Assembly (NCBI GenBank): GCA_038321985.1
Contig: JBBQFN010000018.1
Span: 32,001-96,000, forward strand
Length of the DNA: 64,000 nucleotides
Source: Cyanophyceae cyanobacterium
GTDB taxonomy: Bacteria > Cyanobacteriota > Cyanobacteriia > Cyanobacteriales > Laspinemataceae
Direction of reading: 5' to 3'
The translations under genes were made by a program, and so were the position numbers. The notes under the pieces were generated by a model. That model had not been told where the DNA came from. It ran no database searches and saw only the letters and a program-made list of their open reading frames with translations. Below, one piece after another: positions 50,869-62,734 of this stretch. Within the stretch, counting starts at the first letter, position 1; every line of letters starts with the position of its first letter.

Positions 50869-53800
50869 TTAGATTAAGCCTGTTTTTTTGGCAATTTCCG
50901 CCAGGGCATTTGCGAGCTTCAACGGATCCACAGGTTTAGCAACATGAAGATGAAATCCGGCCATAAGTGCCTGTTGGCGATCCTCTTCCCGAGCGAAAGC
51001 GGTTAGGGCGATCGCCGGAATTTCCTTTCCGTGTGCGGCCTCGCGCTGGCGAATTTTGCGCATCAAAACATAACCATCCTCGTCTGGCATTCCGATATCA
51101 GAAATTAAGATATCATGGCGCGATCGCTCGATAGCGACTAAGGCATCGGCAGCTGACAAAACTACGGTCGTCTGGACCCCGTACTCGGCTAAAACTGTGG
51201 CGACTAGCTCTCCCGTATCGTGATCATCATCCACAACCAGAACCTGTAAACCCGCTAAGTTCAACGAACGGTTACCCAAAAAATTTTCCCCCCACTCCGG
51301 GGAATCTCCGTCCAGGGAAGCATCCTTCGGGAGGACCCCTAGGGGGAGTGTCACGGTAAATGTAGCCCCGGTTCCTTCCCCTTGGCTGAATACTTGAACG
51401 GTACCGCCATGCAGTTCTACCAGGTAGCGTACAATCGTTAAGCCTAGACCTAGACCTCCGTGGGTGCGAGTGGAGGAACTGTTAGCTTGGCGGAAGCCTT
51501 CAAAAACGTGAGGTAGGAATTCCGGGCTAATTCCAATTCCGGTATCCTGGACTCGAAACTCGATGTGATCCCCAAGGCGGTTGATCGTGACGGTAACCTT
51601 TCCCCCCGCAGGAGTGAATTTTACCGCATTGGAGAGCAGATTCCAGACCACTTGATGCAAGCGGCTGCTGTCCGCTAAAATCGGTAGCCCGTTGGCATTA
51701 AACTCAGCTTCCAGTTGAATCGATTTAGCTTCGGCTGCTGGAGTTAGGGTGGAGATGGCTTGCTCAGCAATGGTTTCCAGATACAAGGAGACTCGGCTGA
51801 GGCGAATTTTCCCCTGGACAATCCGTGAGACATCGAGGATATCGTCGATCAGGGTCACCTGGTGTTTAGCATTGCGTTCGATGGTTTCGAGGGCTTTGTG
51901 CTGAGTATCTTCTTTGAGTTTGCGAGTGCGCAGCAATTGTGCCCAGCCGAGAATGGAGTTGAGAGGAGTCCGCAATTCGTGAGAGACGATCGCCAAAAAT
52001 TCATCCTTGAGGCGGTTGGCCTTTTCTGCGCGATCGCAGGCTTGCTGCTGGGCTTCAAATAGGTTAGCCCGGTCGATCGCCAGGGCTATGCGATCGGCTA
52101 CGAGTTGCAGCAGATATACGTCTTCTGTCATAAATTCTCGCGGGGACTCGGTGCTGACGTGAATCACACCGATCACTTGGTCTTCTAAAAGCATCGGTGC
52201 GCCCATGATCGACTGAATTTTTTTGTGCCGGAAGAGGGGGCTCAGAACTCGGCTACTGGCATCGCGATCGATCCGCATCGGTTGTCGCGTCTGGGCAATG
52301 GTTCCGGCAAACCCTAGCCCAATGGGGATCGGGACATTGGAGAGCAAAGAGGGATCAATCAGATCTAAGCCTTTAGTGGCGGTGACGACGAGGGAGCGTT
52401 GGTCCTCGGTGACGAGTAAAATGACTGCGGCATCCACTTCTAGCACCATCGTGACGCGATCGAGCAACTCTTGGAGCAGATCGTGGAGAGATAGAGGGGC
52501 GATCGCCACATCTACAATTGCTTGCAGGCGTTGCACCATTGCCGTAGAACGTTCCGACAAGATCCGGGCTGCTTTCTCCCGTTTTAATAACTCCATCCGC
52601 TCTTGCTGGGCTTGCTTGCGTTCGTGAATGTCGGTATTGGTCCCAAACCACTTGATGATCGCCCCCTGTTGATCCCGCATTGCCACCGCTAAAACGAGAT
52701 GCCAGCGGTAAGCGCCATCGGAAGCTCGACGCATCCGCACTTCAATTTCATAAGGCTCCCCGCTTTCCAGGCAAGCAAGCCAGCGGCTGCGACACTCGGG
52801 CAAGTCGTCTGGATGCAAGGCGGGCTCCCAACCCCAGCCCAGGAGTTGAGAGTGACTCAATCCGGTATATTGGCTCCAGCGCTGATTCAAGTAATCCACG
52901 GTGCCATCGGGTTCGGCAGTCCAGACCATTTGCGGAATGGCTTCGCTCAGAAATCGATAATACTGCTCGCTCGCTTCAGCCTGGGTTCGCGCCGCTTGTT
53001 CGAGTTGTAACAGTTGAATCCGCTCGATTTCCGCCTGTTTCTGGGGGGTAATATCAATCGCCGACCCAATGAACCCCACCAGCTGACCCTCGGGATTGAG
53101 CCGGGGAACCCCTGTTTCTAGCATCCAGCGATACGCTCCATCGTATCGCTGAAGCCGGTACTCCTGAGTAAAAGGTTGCCCTGTTTTCACCGCTTGTTGG
53201 TAGCTCAGGACGCACTGGCTTCGCTCTTCGGGATGGATTCGGTCTCTCCGGTTCAGGTCCGGTTCCGTTGCCAGGATCCCACCGAGGAAGTCCAACCCCC
53301 ACTTATTTAAAAAGGTCCACTGCCCCTCGCAGTCAGCGACCCACAACAGCACTGGAGCCGTATCTGCCATATCTCGGAAGCGTTTTTCACTTTCGCGTAG
53401 GGCTTCTTCAGTCTGTTTTCGTTGGGTAATATCGTACCGGATGGCTAAATATTGGAAGGGTTTTCCTTGATTATCTAAAAAAGGGACAATTGCCGTATCT
53501 ACCCAATAATAACTTCCATCTTTGGCCCGATTTTTAATTTCTCCTCGCCACACTTCTCCGCGAGAAATGGCAGACCACAGATTGATAAAAAATGATTTAG
53601 GATGATAGCCAGAATTGACCAGGCGATGGTCTTGCCCGATTAGTTCGGACTGGGAATATTTAGAAATTTCAACAAATTTATCGTTAACATAGTGAATAAT
53701 TCCTTTGGCGTCCGTGGTGGCAACGATCGCGGACTTATCTAAGGCCAATTGGAAATCGGATAATTCTTTTAAAGTTTGTTGCAGTTCGGCTTCCGCCCGT

Positions 53801-55017
53801 TTGCGATCGCTGATGTCCCGCACCGATGCCATCCACACCGGCTGATTCAAATAGATACTCGGTTGAATCACTGCTTCTAGGGTCACCGTTGTTCCATCTT
53901 TTTTGACCCCTACTGCCTCCGATGAACACTGCTGTTTACCCTCACAGCCGGCTAAAATCAACCCCACCCTATCCCCGGTCAGAATGTCTGACACAAAGCG
54001 TCCAATCAATTCCTCTGAGTCATACCCCAACATCTTTTCTAGGGAGGGATTCGCCGCAATAATGCGATCGCCCTCATAAAATAAAATCCCTTCGACTGTG
54101 GATTCAGCTAAAGTTTTAAACCGCTGTTCACTTGAACGCAGTGCAGCCTCTGTTTGCCGGCTTTGGGTGATATCTTGGCTAATCTTAGAAAACCCACACA
54201 GATTACCGGCTTTATCGTGCAGGGCGGTAATTACCTCCTGGACCAAAAACCGGGTTCCATCCTTCCTGACCCGTTCTCCTTCTTGTTGCAACCGTCCCCG
54301 TTTAGCGGCTAGTTTTAGATGGCGTTCCGGTTGACCCTCAGCCACCGCTTCTGGCGGATAAAAACAGGAAAAATGCTGCCCAATAATCTCTTGTGCATGA
54401 TATCCTTTGAGGCGTTTCGCTCCGGGGTTCCAACTACTCACGCGCCCCTGGGGATCGAGCATATAAAGTGCATAATCCTCAACTCCTTCTACCAATAAAC
54501 GGAAGCGTTCTTCGCTTTGGAGAAAAGATTCTAGATGTTGTTGCACTGCACGCGCACTTTGGATAGACTGTTTTTTCTCCTTTTGCAATGAACTCACGGA
54601 GACTGCCATTGCCGACCCCTCCAAGAAAAATAAAATCAATCTTAAGGTTTGCCCTGGAGGTTTATCGACAAAGGAATAGAGGGGAGATAAAAATAAGTAA
54701 TCGCTGGTTAATGCTGCCAAAATTGCTGCCCCAATTCCCGGGGCCCTGCCGCCATACCAGGCACTTACCATAATCGCAGCAAAATACAGCAAAAATGGGG
54801 TTTCCATTTCCATGAAAGGTGCTATAGCGATTTTAATCCCTGTAGCAAGGGCGACGCTTCCGAGTGCGATTCCATATTGCCGCAGGAATTTTGAAAAAGG
54901 CTTTGAATGTTGATTTTCAGGGCGACAAAGGTGGCGCAGTTTGCTCAATAGTCGCCGTAAGAAAGCTGGACCTAATTTGATCATGATTTGGAGGAAGCTG
55001 GAGCTTAGGGATGGCAC
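50869..55017 (-). CDS. Hybrid histidine kinase (DUF4118-like membrane domain, five PAS/PAC, GAF, HisKA, HATPase, REC)
   Basis: AWYGG..PG membrane region, repeated PAC motifs (RKDG...DIT.RK), a GAF domain, SHELRTPL and a REC domain. Confidence 0.9.
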   Translation of the reverse strand: MPSLSSSFLQIMIKLGPAFLRRLLSKLRHLCRPENQHSKPFSKFLRQYGIALGSVALATGIKIAIAPFMEMETPFLLYFAAIMVSAWYGGRAPGIGAAILAALTSDYLFLSPLYSFVDKPPGQTLRLILFFLEGSAMAVSVSSLQKEKKQSIQSARAVQQHLESFLQSEERFRLLVEGVEDYALYMLDPQGRVSSWNPGAKRLKGYHAQEIIGQHFSCFYPPEAVAEGQPERHLKLAAKRGRLQQEGERVRKDGTRFLVQEVITALHDKAGNLCGFSKISQDITQSRQTEAALRSSEQRFKTLAESTVEGILFYEGDRIIAANPSLEKMLGYDSEELIGRFVSDILTGDRVGLILAGCEGKQQCSSEAVGVKKDGTTVTLEAVIQPSIYLNQPVWMASVRDISDRKRAEAELQQTLKELSDFQLALDKSAIVATTDAKGIIHYVNDKFVEISKYSQSELIGQDHRLVNSGYHPKSFFINLWSAISRGEVWRGEIKNRAKDGSYYWVDTAIVPFLDNQGKPFQYLAIRYDITQRKQTEEALRESEKRFRDMADTAPVLLWVADCEGQWTFLNKWGLDFLGGILATEPDLNRRDRIHPEERSQCVLSYQQAVKTGQPFTQEYRLQRYDGAYRWMLETGVPRLNPEGQLVGFIGSAIDITPQKQAEIERIQLLQLEQAARTQAEASEQYYRFLSEAIPQMVWTAEPDGTVDYLNQRWSQYTGLSHSQLLGWGWEPALHPDDLPECRSRWLACLESGEPYEIEVRMRRASDGAYRWHLVLAVAMRDQQGAIIKWFGTNTDIHERKQAQQERMELLKREKAARILSERSTAMVQRLQAIVDVAIAPLSLHDLLQELLDRVTMVLEVDAAVILLVTEDQRSLVVTATKGLDLIDPSLLSNVPIPIGLGFAGTIAQTRQPMRIDRDASSRVLSPLFRHKKIQSIMGAPMLLEDQVIGVIHVSTESPREFMTEDVYLLQLVADRIALAIDRANLFEAQQQACDRAEKANRLKDEFLAIVSHELRTPLNSILGWAQLLRTRKLKEDTQHKALETIERNAKHQVTLIDDILDVSRIVQGKIRLSRVSLYLETIAEQAISTLTPAAEAKSIQLEAEFNANGLPILADSSRLHQVVWNLLSNAVKFTPAGGKVTVTINRLGDHIEFRVQDTGIGISPEFLPHVFEGFRQANSSSTRTHGGLGLGLTIVRYLVELHGGTVQVFSQGEGTGATFTVTLPLGVLPKDASLDGDSPEWGENFLGNRSLNLAGLQVLVVDDDHDTGELVATVLAEYGVQTTVVLSAADALVAIERSRHDILISDIGMPDEDGYVLMRKIRQREAAHGKEIPAIALTAFAREEDRQQALMAGFHLHVAKPVDPLKLANALAEIAKKTGLI

Positions 55018-55323
55018 GATTAAGGCGCGAACCCGAGAACGTTAAGAAACCCTTTCATTAGAGAGATGCTTTTTTCTCTTTTGTGTGCTAATAGCCCTTT
55101 TTAAGTTAGACCTGAGCCTCTTTTTCGTTCTATCCTTACTATTTTAGAATTGGGAGTTGATTTCTGGGGAAAATCAGCTAAACCCCAGTTGATTCGGGAT
55201 AAATAAGAAAATATACTTAGTTTAGCGGGGAGAATAGGTATCCGTCAAACTCCTCTGGGGTAAATTTTAAGTAGACTAGAATCGCGTCAAGTCCGAATTA
55301 ATGAATCGGGAGTTGGAAGGGCA

Positions 55324-56637
55324 ATGAATGAAATTTTGACAGGCCAATCCTTACCTCGGAGACCACATTTAGTTACCCCCCTGCCGGGACCCCGCGCTCA
55401 AGAAATGGTCAAGCGCGATCGGGCGGTTACTTCTCCCTCCTATACTCGGGGATACCCATTAGTCGTGGCCCGGGGGGAGGGCTGCTCGATCCAAGATGTA
55501 GATGGAAATGTATTTTTAGACTTTACCGCAGGCATCGCGGTGACGGCAACGGGACACGCTCATCCGGCGGTTGTGCAAGCAATTCAAGCTCAGGCGGCCA
55601 CTTTGCTGCATATGTCGGGAACCGATTTTTACTATGAACCCATGGTGGAACTGGCGGAACAGTTAGGAAAACTGGCCCCCTTTCCCCAAGGTGCTCGGGT
55701 ATTTTTTAGCAATTCCGGGGCGGAATCTAACGAAGGGGCGCTCAAATTAGCCCGGTATGCTACAGGACGTGCTCAAGTTGTGGCCTTTCTGGGGGCGTTC
55801 CACGGACGGACATTCGGGGCCATGTCCCTAACTGGGTCAAAAGCGGTACAACGCCAAGGATTTGGGCCGTTGTTACCGGGGATTACCCATATTCCCTATG
55901 GCACTCATGCCAGTTTAGATTATCTAGAGTTTCAGTTATTTAAGACTGTATTACCCCCGGAGGAATTAGCGGCGATCGTGGTAGAACCGATTCAAGGGGA
56001 AGGGGGATATTTGGTCCCAGAAGATGGATTTTTAGCCCGGATTCGGGATATTTGCACTCGCCATCACAGTTTGATGGTGGTAGATGAAGTACAATCGGGC
56101 ATGGGTCGCACGGGCAAGTTGTTCGCCGTGGAACATTGGAATGTTATGCCCGATATCATTACCCTTGCCAAAGGGATTGCCAGTGGGTTACCCCTGGGGG
56201 CGATTCTCTCTCGTCCAGAACTGATGACTTGGCCTCCTGGTTCTCACGCTACTACGTTTGGGGGGAATCCGGTTGCTTGTGCTGCCGCAAATGCGACGTT
56301 GCAAATTCTCACTCAAGGGGCAGTCGCCAATGCAACAATAATGGGAGATTTATTGCAAGAAGGTTTGAGGAAATTGGCCCAACAGTATCCTCAAATTTCA
56401 CAACCCCGAGGGAAAGGGTTAATGGTGGCGATCGATTTACTAGATGAAGCCGGTGATTTCAGCCCATCCTTGCGCGATCGCGCCATCAATGAGGCATTTC
56501 ATCACGGACTGTTACTGATCGGCTGTGGCAAATCCGCTATCCGCTTTTGTCCGCCTTTGGTGGTCGATGCCGAACAGATTCAGGTAGCATTAGATATTCT
56601 TAACGCCTGTTTCGCGAAACTATTTTCAATAAGGTAA
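55324..56637 (+). CDS. Class III PLP aminotransferase
   Basis: [39 protein letters not shown] and TFGGNP motifs. Confidence 0.93.
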   Translation: MNEILTGQSLPRRPHLVTPLPGPRAQEMVKRDRAVTSPSYTRGYPLVVARGEGCSIQDVDGNVFLDFTAGIAVTATGHAHPAVVQAIQAQAATLLHMSGTDFYYEPMVELAEQLGKLAPFPQGARVFFSNSGAESNEGALKLARYATGRAQVVAFLGAFHGRTFGAMSLTGSKAVQRQGFGPLLPGITHIPYGTHASLDYLEFQLFKTVLPPEELAAIVVEPIQGEGGYLVPEDGFLARIRDICTRHHSLMVVDEVQSGMGRTGKLFAVEHWNVMPDIITLAKGIASGLPLGAILSRPELMTWPPGSHATTFGGNPVACAAANATLQILTQGAVANATIMGDLLQEGLRKLAQQYPQISQPRGKGLMVAIDLLDEAGDFSPSLRDRAINEAFHHGLLLIGCGKSAIRFCPPLVVDAEQIQVALDILNACFAKLFSIR

Positions 56638-56710
56638 CGTGCTGGGGTGATTGCAACGGGCGATCGCCCTGTTCTCCCTCTTTTTATCTCACAATACCAG
56701 GAGCTTTCTG

Positions 56711-57667
56711 ATGAAACAAGCATTAGTAGCCCAACAGTTATGGCATCAACTCTGGTTAGATTATAGTTACCGTGTCCCCTACGCCCGGATTTACCAGGAG
56801 GCCATCACCGCAGCCGGAGGAACCGTTGCTAATGATCATATCGCCTTTCGTTCCCTGGGAATGGCGATCGAAACCGCAGTCGGGACGGTGGACTTAGGGA
56901 TCACTCACCTGGGACGGGTTTTAGATGGGTTGGGTTATGTGCAGATGGGAGAGTTATCTTTCCCCACGCAACACCTGTATGCGCGTTACTATGGACATCC
57001 CCAACAGGACCGCTTTGATTTACCCAAAATATTTATCAGTGAATTAATCGTGGGTCAGTTTCCCCCAGAAGTGCAGTCGTACCTGGAAGAAACTGTGCAG
57101 TCCGGTTTAAATTTGGAAGAGTTATTAGAGTGTCAATCTGCCCTGAGTGATTTAGACAAACTAGAGACAAAACAGACCGAAGCAGCCGAACTTCACACCC
57201 TTGTTAAGCGACTGAAATTCCTATTTGGGCGTCCCTGGATGCCACCGCTACAGTCGCACCTGGAAACCATCAATACCTTTAGTCAGTACGGGGCATGGGT
57301 GTTGCTGCATGGGTATGCCGTCAATCATTTTACCGGCTATGTGAACCGCCAGAATACCCCCCTTTACCCAGATATCGAAACCACCGCCCAAGCACTCCGT
57401 GACTGGGGAATTCCCATGAAAGCAGAGATCGAAGGCAGTGCCGAAGTTGGATTACGCCAAACTGCAACCGAGGCAGTACAGGAATTTGTACCCGTCCGCA
57501 ATCAGTCCGAGGGGCAATTTATCCAAATTCCCTGGACTTATGCTTATTATGAAATCGCCCAACGATTTGCAGTTGAAATTACACCGGGAAACCCTCAACT
57601 TTTTGAAGGATTCCTAGGTCCTAATGCCGCCCAACTCTTTGAAATGACCCGTTCTAAGGGAAAGTAG
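56711..57667 (+). CDS. DUF1338 (HglS/YdcJ-like 2-oxoadipate dioxygenase-decarboxylase)
   Basis: NDHIAFRS, PKIFISEL, SQYGAW...NHFT, LRQTA, YYEIAQR and FEGF...NAAQLFEMT. Confidence 0.8.
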   Translation: MKQALVAQQLWHQLWLDYSYRVPYARIYQEAITAAGGTVANDHIAFRSLGMAIETAVGTVDLGITHLGRVLDGLGYVQMGELSFPTQHLYARYYGHPQQDRFDLPKIFISELIVGQFPPEVQSYLEETVQSGLNLEELLECQSALSDLDKLETKQTEAAELHTLVKRLKFLFGRPWMPPLQSHLETINTFSQYGAWVLLHGYAVNHFTGYVNRQNTPLYPDIETTAQALRDWGIPMKAEIEGSAEVGLRQTATEAVQEFVPVRNQSEGQFIQIPWTYAYYEIAQRFAVEITPGNPQLFEGFLGPNAAQLFEMTRSKGK

Positions 57668-57740
57668 GTTGCGATAAATGCCGGGGCTTCAAAACCCCGC
57701 CATTTATTGGGCAAAAGTTACCCCTCGTATTTGTTGTCAT

Positions 57741-59474
57741 TTAAAATAGAAAATACCGCTGTGCCAAAGGTAACACTTGCGCCGGTTCACAGGTGAGTAA
57801 CTGACCATCAGCCCACACTTGATAAGTCTCCGGATCGACTTCTATATAGGGAAGTGTATCATTTAATTTCATATCCCGTTTCCCTAGCTTTCGGGTGTCC
57901 GAAACTGCGATCGCCTGTTTTCGCAATCCTAACTGACTCGGAACATCTAACTCTAATGACGCTTGGGAGACAAAGGTAAACGATGTGGCAGTCCGAGACC
58001 CCCCGAAACTGGCAAACATGGGCTGAGAATGGACGGGTTGCGGAGTCGGAATACTGGCATTGGCATCTCCCATTTGTGCGTAGGCGATCGCCCCGCCTTT
58101 AATTACCAATTCCGGTTTTACCCCAAAAAATGCCGGACGCCACAAACATAAATCTGCCAGTTTACCTTCTTCAATCGACCCCACATAGTTAGAAATCCCG
58201 TGGGCGACTGCGGGATTAATGGTATATTTAGCAATATAACGCCGCGCCCGGAAGTTATCATGTTCCGTTGTACTGGGAATGGTATCCTTACGGTCATCGG
58301 GGGACAAAAATCCGCGCTGTACCTTCATTTTATGAGCCGTCTGCCAGGTGCGGATGATGGTTTCGCCCACTCGTCCCATTGCCTGAGAATCCGAGGAAAT
58401 CATACTAAATGCCCCCAGATCGTGCAGAATATCCTCGGCGGCAATGGTTTCGCGGCGGATGCGGGATTCGGCAAAGGCGACATCTTCGGGGATACTACGA
58501 TCCAGGTGGTGACACACCATCAGCATATCCAGATGTTCTTCTAAAGTATTAATTGTATAAGGACGAGTGGGATTAGTGGAAGAGGGCAGTACATTTTTTT
58601 GTCCGCAAACCTTGATAATATCCGGGGCGTGTCCACCACCGGCCCCTTCTGTATGGTAAGTATGAATAGTGCGGTCTTTAAAAGCAGCGATCGTTTGTTC
58701 CACAAATCCGGCTTCGTTGAGGGTGTCGGTATGGATGGCAACTTGCACGTCATACTCATCGGCAACGGTGAGACAAGTATCGATCGCCGCAGGAGTTGTT
58801 CCCCAGTCTTCGTGCAGCTTTAACCCCATCGCCCCGGCGAGTACCTGTTCTACAAGGGCACGAGGTTTGCTGCTGTTACCTTTCCCCATAAATCCCAGAT
58901 TAACAGGGAAGGCATCTGCCGCTTGTAACATCCGGTGAATGTTCCAAGGGCCAGGGGTACAAGTGGTGGCATTGGTGCCTGTGGCGGGTCCGGTTCCACC
59001 CCCTAGCATGGTGGTAATTCCCGAGGCGATCGCCACTTCAATCTGTTGGGGACAAATAAAGTGAATGTGCGCGTCAATTCCGCCTGCGGTGAGAATCATT
59101 CCTTCCCCGGCGATCGCCTCCGTTCCCGGACCGATAATAATATCTACATTATTTTGGATGTAAGGATTTCCCGCCTTACCAATTTTAAATATTTTGCCAT
59201 TTTTTATCCCAATATCGGCCTTAACGACCCCCCACCAATCCAGAATCACTGCATTGGTAATTACCAAATCCACGGCCCCACTCTCGTTAGAAATGGGGGA
59301 TTGTCCCATGCCGTCCCGAATCACTTTTCCGCCGCCAAATTTTACTTCGTCACCGTAAGTGGTAAAGTCCTGTTCGACTTCGATAAATAATTCAGTATCG
59401 GCTAAACGGATGCGATCGCCCACGGTTGGACCGTAGGTTTCTGCATAAGCGCGACGATCCATTTTATAACTCAT
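57741..59474 (-). CDS. ureC: Urease alpha subunit
   Basis: [27 protein letters not shown] and SDSQAMGR motifs. Confidence 0.98.
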   Translation of the reverse strand: MSYKMDRRAYAETYGPTVGDRIRLADTELFIEVEQDFTTYGDEVKFGGGKVIRDGMGQSPISNESGAVDLVITNAVILDWWGVVKADIGIKNGKIFKIGKAGNPYIQNNVDIIIGPGTEAIAGEGMILTAGGIDAHIHFICPQQIEVAIASGITTMLGGGTGPATGTNATTCTPGPWNIHRMLQAADAFPVNLGFMGKGNSSKPRALVEQVLAGAMGLKLHEDWGTTPAAIDTCLTVADEYDVQVAIHTDTLNEAGFVEQTIAAFKDRTIHTYHTEGAGGGHAPDIIKVCGQKNVLPSSTNPTRPYTINTLEEHLDMLMVCHHLDRSIPEDVAFAESRIRRETIAAEDILHDLGAFSMISSDSQAMGRVGETIIRTWQTAHKMKVQRGFLSPDDRKDTIPSTTEHDNFRARRYIAKYTINPAVAHGISNYVGSIEEGKLADLCLWRPAFFGVKPELVIKGGAIAYAQMGDANASIPTPQPVHSQPMFASFGGSRTATSFTFVSQASLELDVPSQLGLRKQAIAVSDTRKLGKRDMKLNDTLPYIEVDPETYQVWADGQLLTCEPAQVLPLAQRYFLF

Positions 59475-60131
59475 TCACCTTTCCTCACTCCAGGCTTGCC
59501 CATCATTTTAGGGTTGCAATTAGTTTATCCCATTTTACAGAGAATTAAACGGAGTTAGAAAAAAGCCTCACCCTAGAAGATTTAAGGGGATGATGACATC
59601 CGGAAAGTGCCTTCCCGGTGGAAGCAACGGCATAACAGTTTCACAAACGGACTATCCGGATTTAGCCTTTACCTCTTGAAACACGGGCTAGGTATTGGGC
59701 CTCAATTACGGGCATTAAACATTGGAATTATCATGATATTTCCCAGAATTAAACTCAAAATCGCCTACTTTTTTGCCGCCTTCTTAACTTTTTTATTCAC
59801 CGTAAGAAGTCCCGCCTAATGCGGCAAGCTGTTGGGGTTACCCAATCCCTCGGATTTTCCTTCCTCATAGAGATAAATTTGGAAATGTGAATCTGGGTAT
59901 CAGGCAGGAAATTTTAACCGGGGCGCATTGTCAGTGATTTAGATCACTAAAATTCCCATAAACGATCGCTATTTTTAAGGTCCTGTATCACAGTAGATCT
60001 CCGAAAAATCACGGATATTAACGGTGAGTCAGGGGAACCCATTCGTATTTGTACGCAAAATATGAATCGCGTTGAACCGGCAAAATCCCAAAAAGCCTAG
60101 AGATTCAGACCGATCAACACGAGGAATTAAT

Positions 60132-60452
60132 ATGAACGTGGTTATTCAGCCCCAAGGGAATTTAGACTTAAAAGCAGCGGCAATGCTTCAGCAAAGGATT
60201 GCTCATTTGGCGTGGGAGAAATACAACCGCTGGTTTATTGATTTAGGGGAAGTTAGTACCGTGAGTCATTCTGGACTCATGGCATTAGTCACCGCCCATC
60301 AACTTGCTAAAAAAACAGGGCGGCGCTTAAGTTTGTGCAACCTCAAAAGGCCGGTGATGTACCTCCTAGAAATTACAGAACTGGATCGCCGACTCGACAT
60401 TTTATCCGAAGACGAAGAATTGATGGGGGTGATGGATAAAATCGTATTTTGA
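60132..60452 (+). CDS. STAS domain anti-sigma factor antagonist
   Basis: IQPQGNLD...IDLGEVSTVSHSGL...LEITELD; ATG follows GAGGA. Confidence 0.8.
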   Translation: MNVVIQPQGNLDLKAAAMLQQRIAHLAWEKYNRWFIDLGEVSTVSHSGLMALVTAHQLAKKTGRRLSLCNLKRPVMYLLEITELDRRLDILSEDEELMGVMDKIVF

Positions 60453-60560
60453 AGTAGGGGCGATCGCCCTGATTAGGGTAGTTCCGGGTAACATTGCGAT
60501 CGCCTGTCTAGTGTCATCCCTCGCGCTTTCCCTGACTCAGGGTAGGGTTCGGTTTTCAAC

Positions 60561-61922
60561 TTACACTTCTAGGGGTTCTTTTTCTGGTTCAGGCAGATGA
60601 TAGTCCCTTCGTTCCTTAATTTCCCTCAACATTTTCTCCTCTTCTCCGGTAATCAATCGCGCCCCCCGTTTGCGGGTAAAATAATTCCACCCCCACTGAA
60701 TCATTACAATCAACTTATTGTCAAATTCAATCAAAAAATAAATATGAACAAAGACCCAAAATAGCCATGCAATAAACCCAGAAAACTCAATAAATCCTAA
60801 ATCCACCACAGCAGCATGACGTCCAATCACCGCTAAACTGCCAAAATCTACATAATGAAATGGCGGACAATTCTTCTGTTTAAGGCGTTCTTTAATCACC
60901 TTCGCGACATATTCCCCTTGTTGCATCGCCACGGGCGCAACACCCGGTAAAGGTTTACCATCTTGATGGGCAAAATGAGCTAAATCCCCAATCGCAAAAA
61001 TATTGGGATATCCCGGTAAACTTAAATCGGCTTCCACGATCACCCGTCCGACGCGATCGCGTTCAACTCCCGTGCGTTTTGCTAGTATTTCCCCTAATCC
61101 TGACGCTTTGACCCCTGCTGCCCATAATAAGGTGCGAGTCGGAATAATTTCCTCACAGTCGCCCCGGCGCACGGTTACCGCATCATCAGTTACATTGGTA
61201 ACTAGACTATTAGTTTGTACTGTCACCCCTAATCCATGCAAAGATTTCTCAGCTTTTGCTGAAAGTTCCGGCGGATAGGGAGGCAGAATTCTATCCATCC
61301 CTTCTAACAATAAAATTTTCGCTTCCGTGGTGTCAATATTCCGAAAATCTTCTTTCAAAGTCTTGTGGGCAAGTTCAGCGATCGCCCCGGCTAATTCCAC
61401 CCCAGTCGGTCCCCCACCGGCGATCGCAAAAGTTAGCCATGCCTGCCGTTTTTGCGGGTCCGTTTCCTTTTCTGCTGCCTCAAATGCCATAAAAATTCGC
61501 CGGCGCATTTCTAACGCATCTTCCACCGTTTTTAATCCGGGCGCTTTTTCTCTCCAGTGGTCATTTCCAAAATAATGATGACTCACTCCTGTCGCAATAA
61601 TTAACGTATCATATCGAATTTCTTCCCCCAACAACATCAATTTTTGCTGTTTTGGGTCAATATCAACCGCTTCTTCCAGCAGCACTTTTGTATTTTTATT
61701 TCCACTCAAAACCCCCCGCAAGGGCGAAGCAATATCGGCTGGGGATAGCGTCCCCGTTGCTACCTGATATAAAAGGGGTTGGAATAAATGAAAATTACGT
61801 TTATCAATCAGGGTAACCTGGATCGGAGTATTACCGAGGGACTGGGCCGCATACAGTCCCCCAAAGCCTCCTCCCACAATCACCACCTGATGAATCATTT
61901 CCGTGGATTTTACATCTACCAT
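60561..61922 (-). CDS. ndh: Type II NADH dehydrogenase
   Basis: GGGFGGL, FQPLLYQVATG, GGGPTGVE, WAAGV and APVAMQQG motifs. Confidence 0.92.
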   Translation of the reverse strand: MVDVKSTEMIHQVVIVGGGFGGLYAAQSLGNTPIQVTLIDKRNFHLFQPLLYQVATGTLSPADIASPLRGVLSGNKNTKVLLEEAVDIDPKQQKLMLLGEEIRYDTLIIATGVSHHYFGNDHWREKAPGLKTVEDALEMRRRIFMAFEAAEKETDPQKRQAWLTFAIAGGGPTGVELAGAIAELAHKTLKEDFRNIDTTEAKILLLEGMDRILPPYPPELSAKAEKSLHGLGVTVQTNSLVTNVTDDAVTVRRGDCEEIIPTRTLLWAAGVKASGLGEILAKRTGVERDRVGRVIVEADLSLPGYPNIFAIGDLAHFAHQDGKPLPGVAPVAMQQGEYVAKVIKERLKQKNCPPFHYVDFGSLAVIGRHAAVVDLGFIEFSGFIAWLFWVFVHIYFLIEFDNKLIVMIQWGWNYFTRKRGARLITGEEEKMLREIKERRDYHLPEPEKEPLEV

Positions 61923-62066
61923 AGGTCTGATTTTTCCTCTTTTAAAGTTAATTAATCCCCTCTTTCCACCGCTAATCCGGAAATAGCCCGATTGAAATTG
62001 AGGACTGCTTCCACGTTAAAATAAATTCTTCAAAATTGGGGTAGTGGCTGTTACAGACTTTGAGTT

Positions 62067-62384
62067 TTAGGGCTCTAGGGGACCATTAATTTGACCGTTA
62101 AAGCCATATACCTGACGAGTACCCACAAAAGGGACTAATTCTACCTCTCGCTCATCCCCTGGCTCAAAACGGACCGCCGTTCCAGCCGGGATGTTCAAAT
62201 GCATTCCTCGGGCTAGATCTCGCTCAAAACTTAACGCTTTATTTACTTCAAAAAAATGAAAGTGAGACCCCACTTGAATCGGGCGATCGCCTGAATTTGC
62301 CACCGGCAATCGCACCACTTCCCGTCCCACATTTAACTCAATTTCTCCAGTCTTAACGATAATTTCTCCGGGAATCATAATCAC
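62067..62384 (-). CDS. ureB: Urease beta subunit
   Basis: [15 protein letters not shown] and [12 protein letters not shown]. Confidence 0.97.
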   Translation of the reverse strand: MIMIPGEIIVKTGEIELNVGREVVRLPVANSGDRPIQVGSHFHFFEVNKALSFERDLARGMHLNIPAGTAVRFEPGDEREVELVPFVGTRQVYGFNGQINGPLEP

Positions 62385-62421
62385 CTTTAACTTGTAGAAT
62401 TACATAGGATTTGAGCTAATT

Positions 62422-62724
62422 TTACCGAATCGGATTATGAACGGTAACCAGTTTTGTACCATCGGGAAACGTCGCTTCTACCTGCACTTCAGCCACCATT
62501 TCCGGCACCCCTTCCATCACTTCCTCTCGGGTGAGTAAAGTTGCCCCATAACTCATTAAATCCGCCACCGTTCGACCATCCCTTGCCCCCTCTAAAATAG
62601 CAGCAGAAATATAAGCGACGGCTTCGGGATAATTTAATTGTAAGCCTCTATTTTTACGCCGTTCAGCGACTAATGCCGCCGTAAAAATCAATAATTTGTC
62701 CTTTTCTTGCGGGGAAAGTTGCAT
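62422..62724 (-). CDS. ureA: Urease gamma subunit
   Basis: [17 protein letters not shown] and [16 protein letters not shown]. Confidence 0.98.
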   Translation of the reverse strand: MQLSPQEKDKLLIFTAALVAERRKNRGLQLNYPEAVAYISAAILEGARDGRTVADLMSYGATLLTREEVMEGVPEMVAEVQVEATFPDGTKLVTVHNPIR

Positions 62725-62734
62725 AATAATTCCT

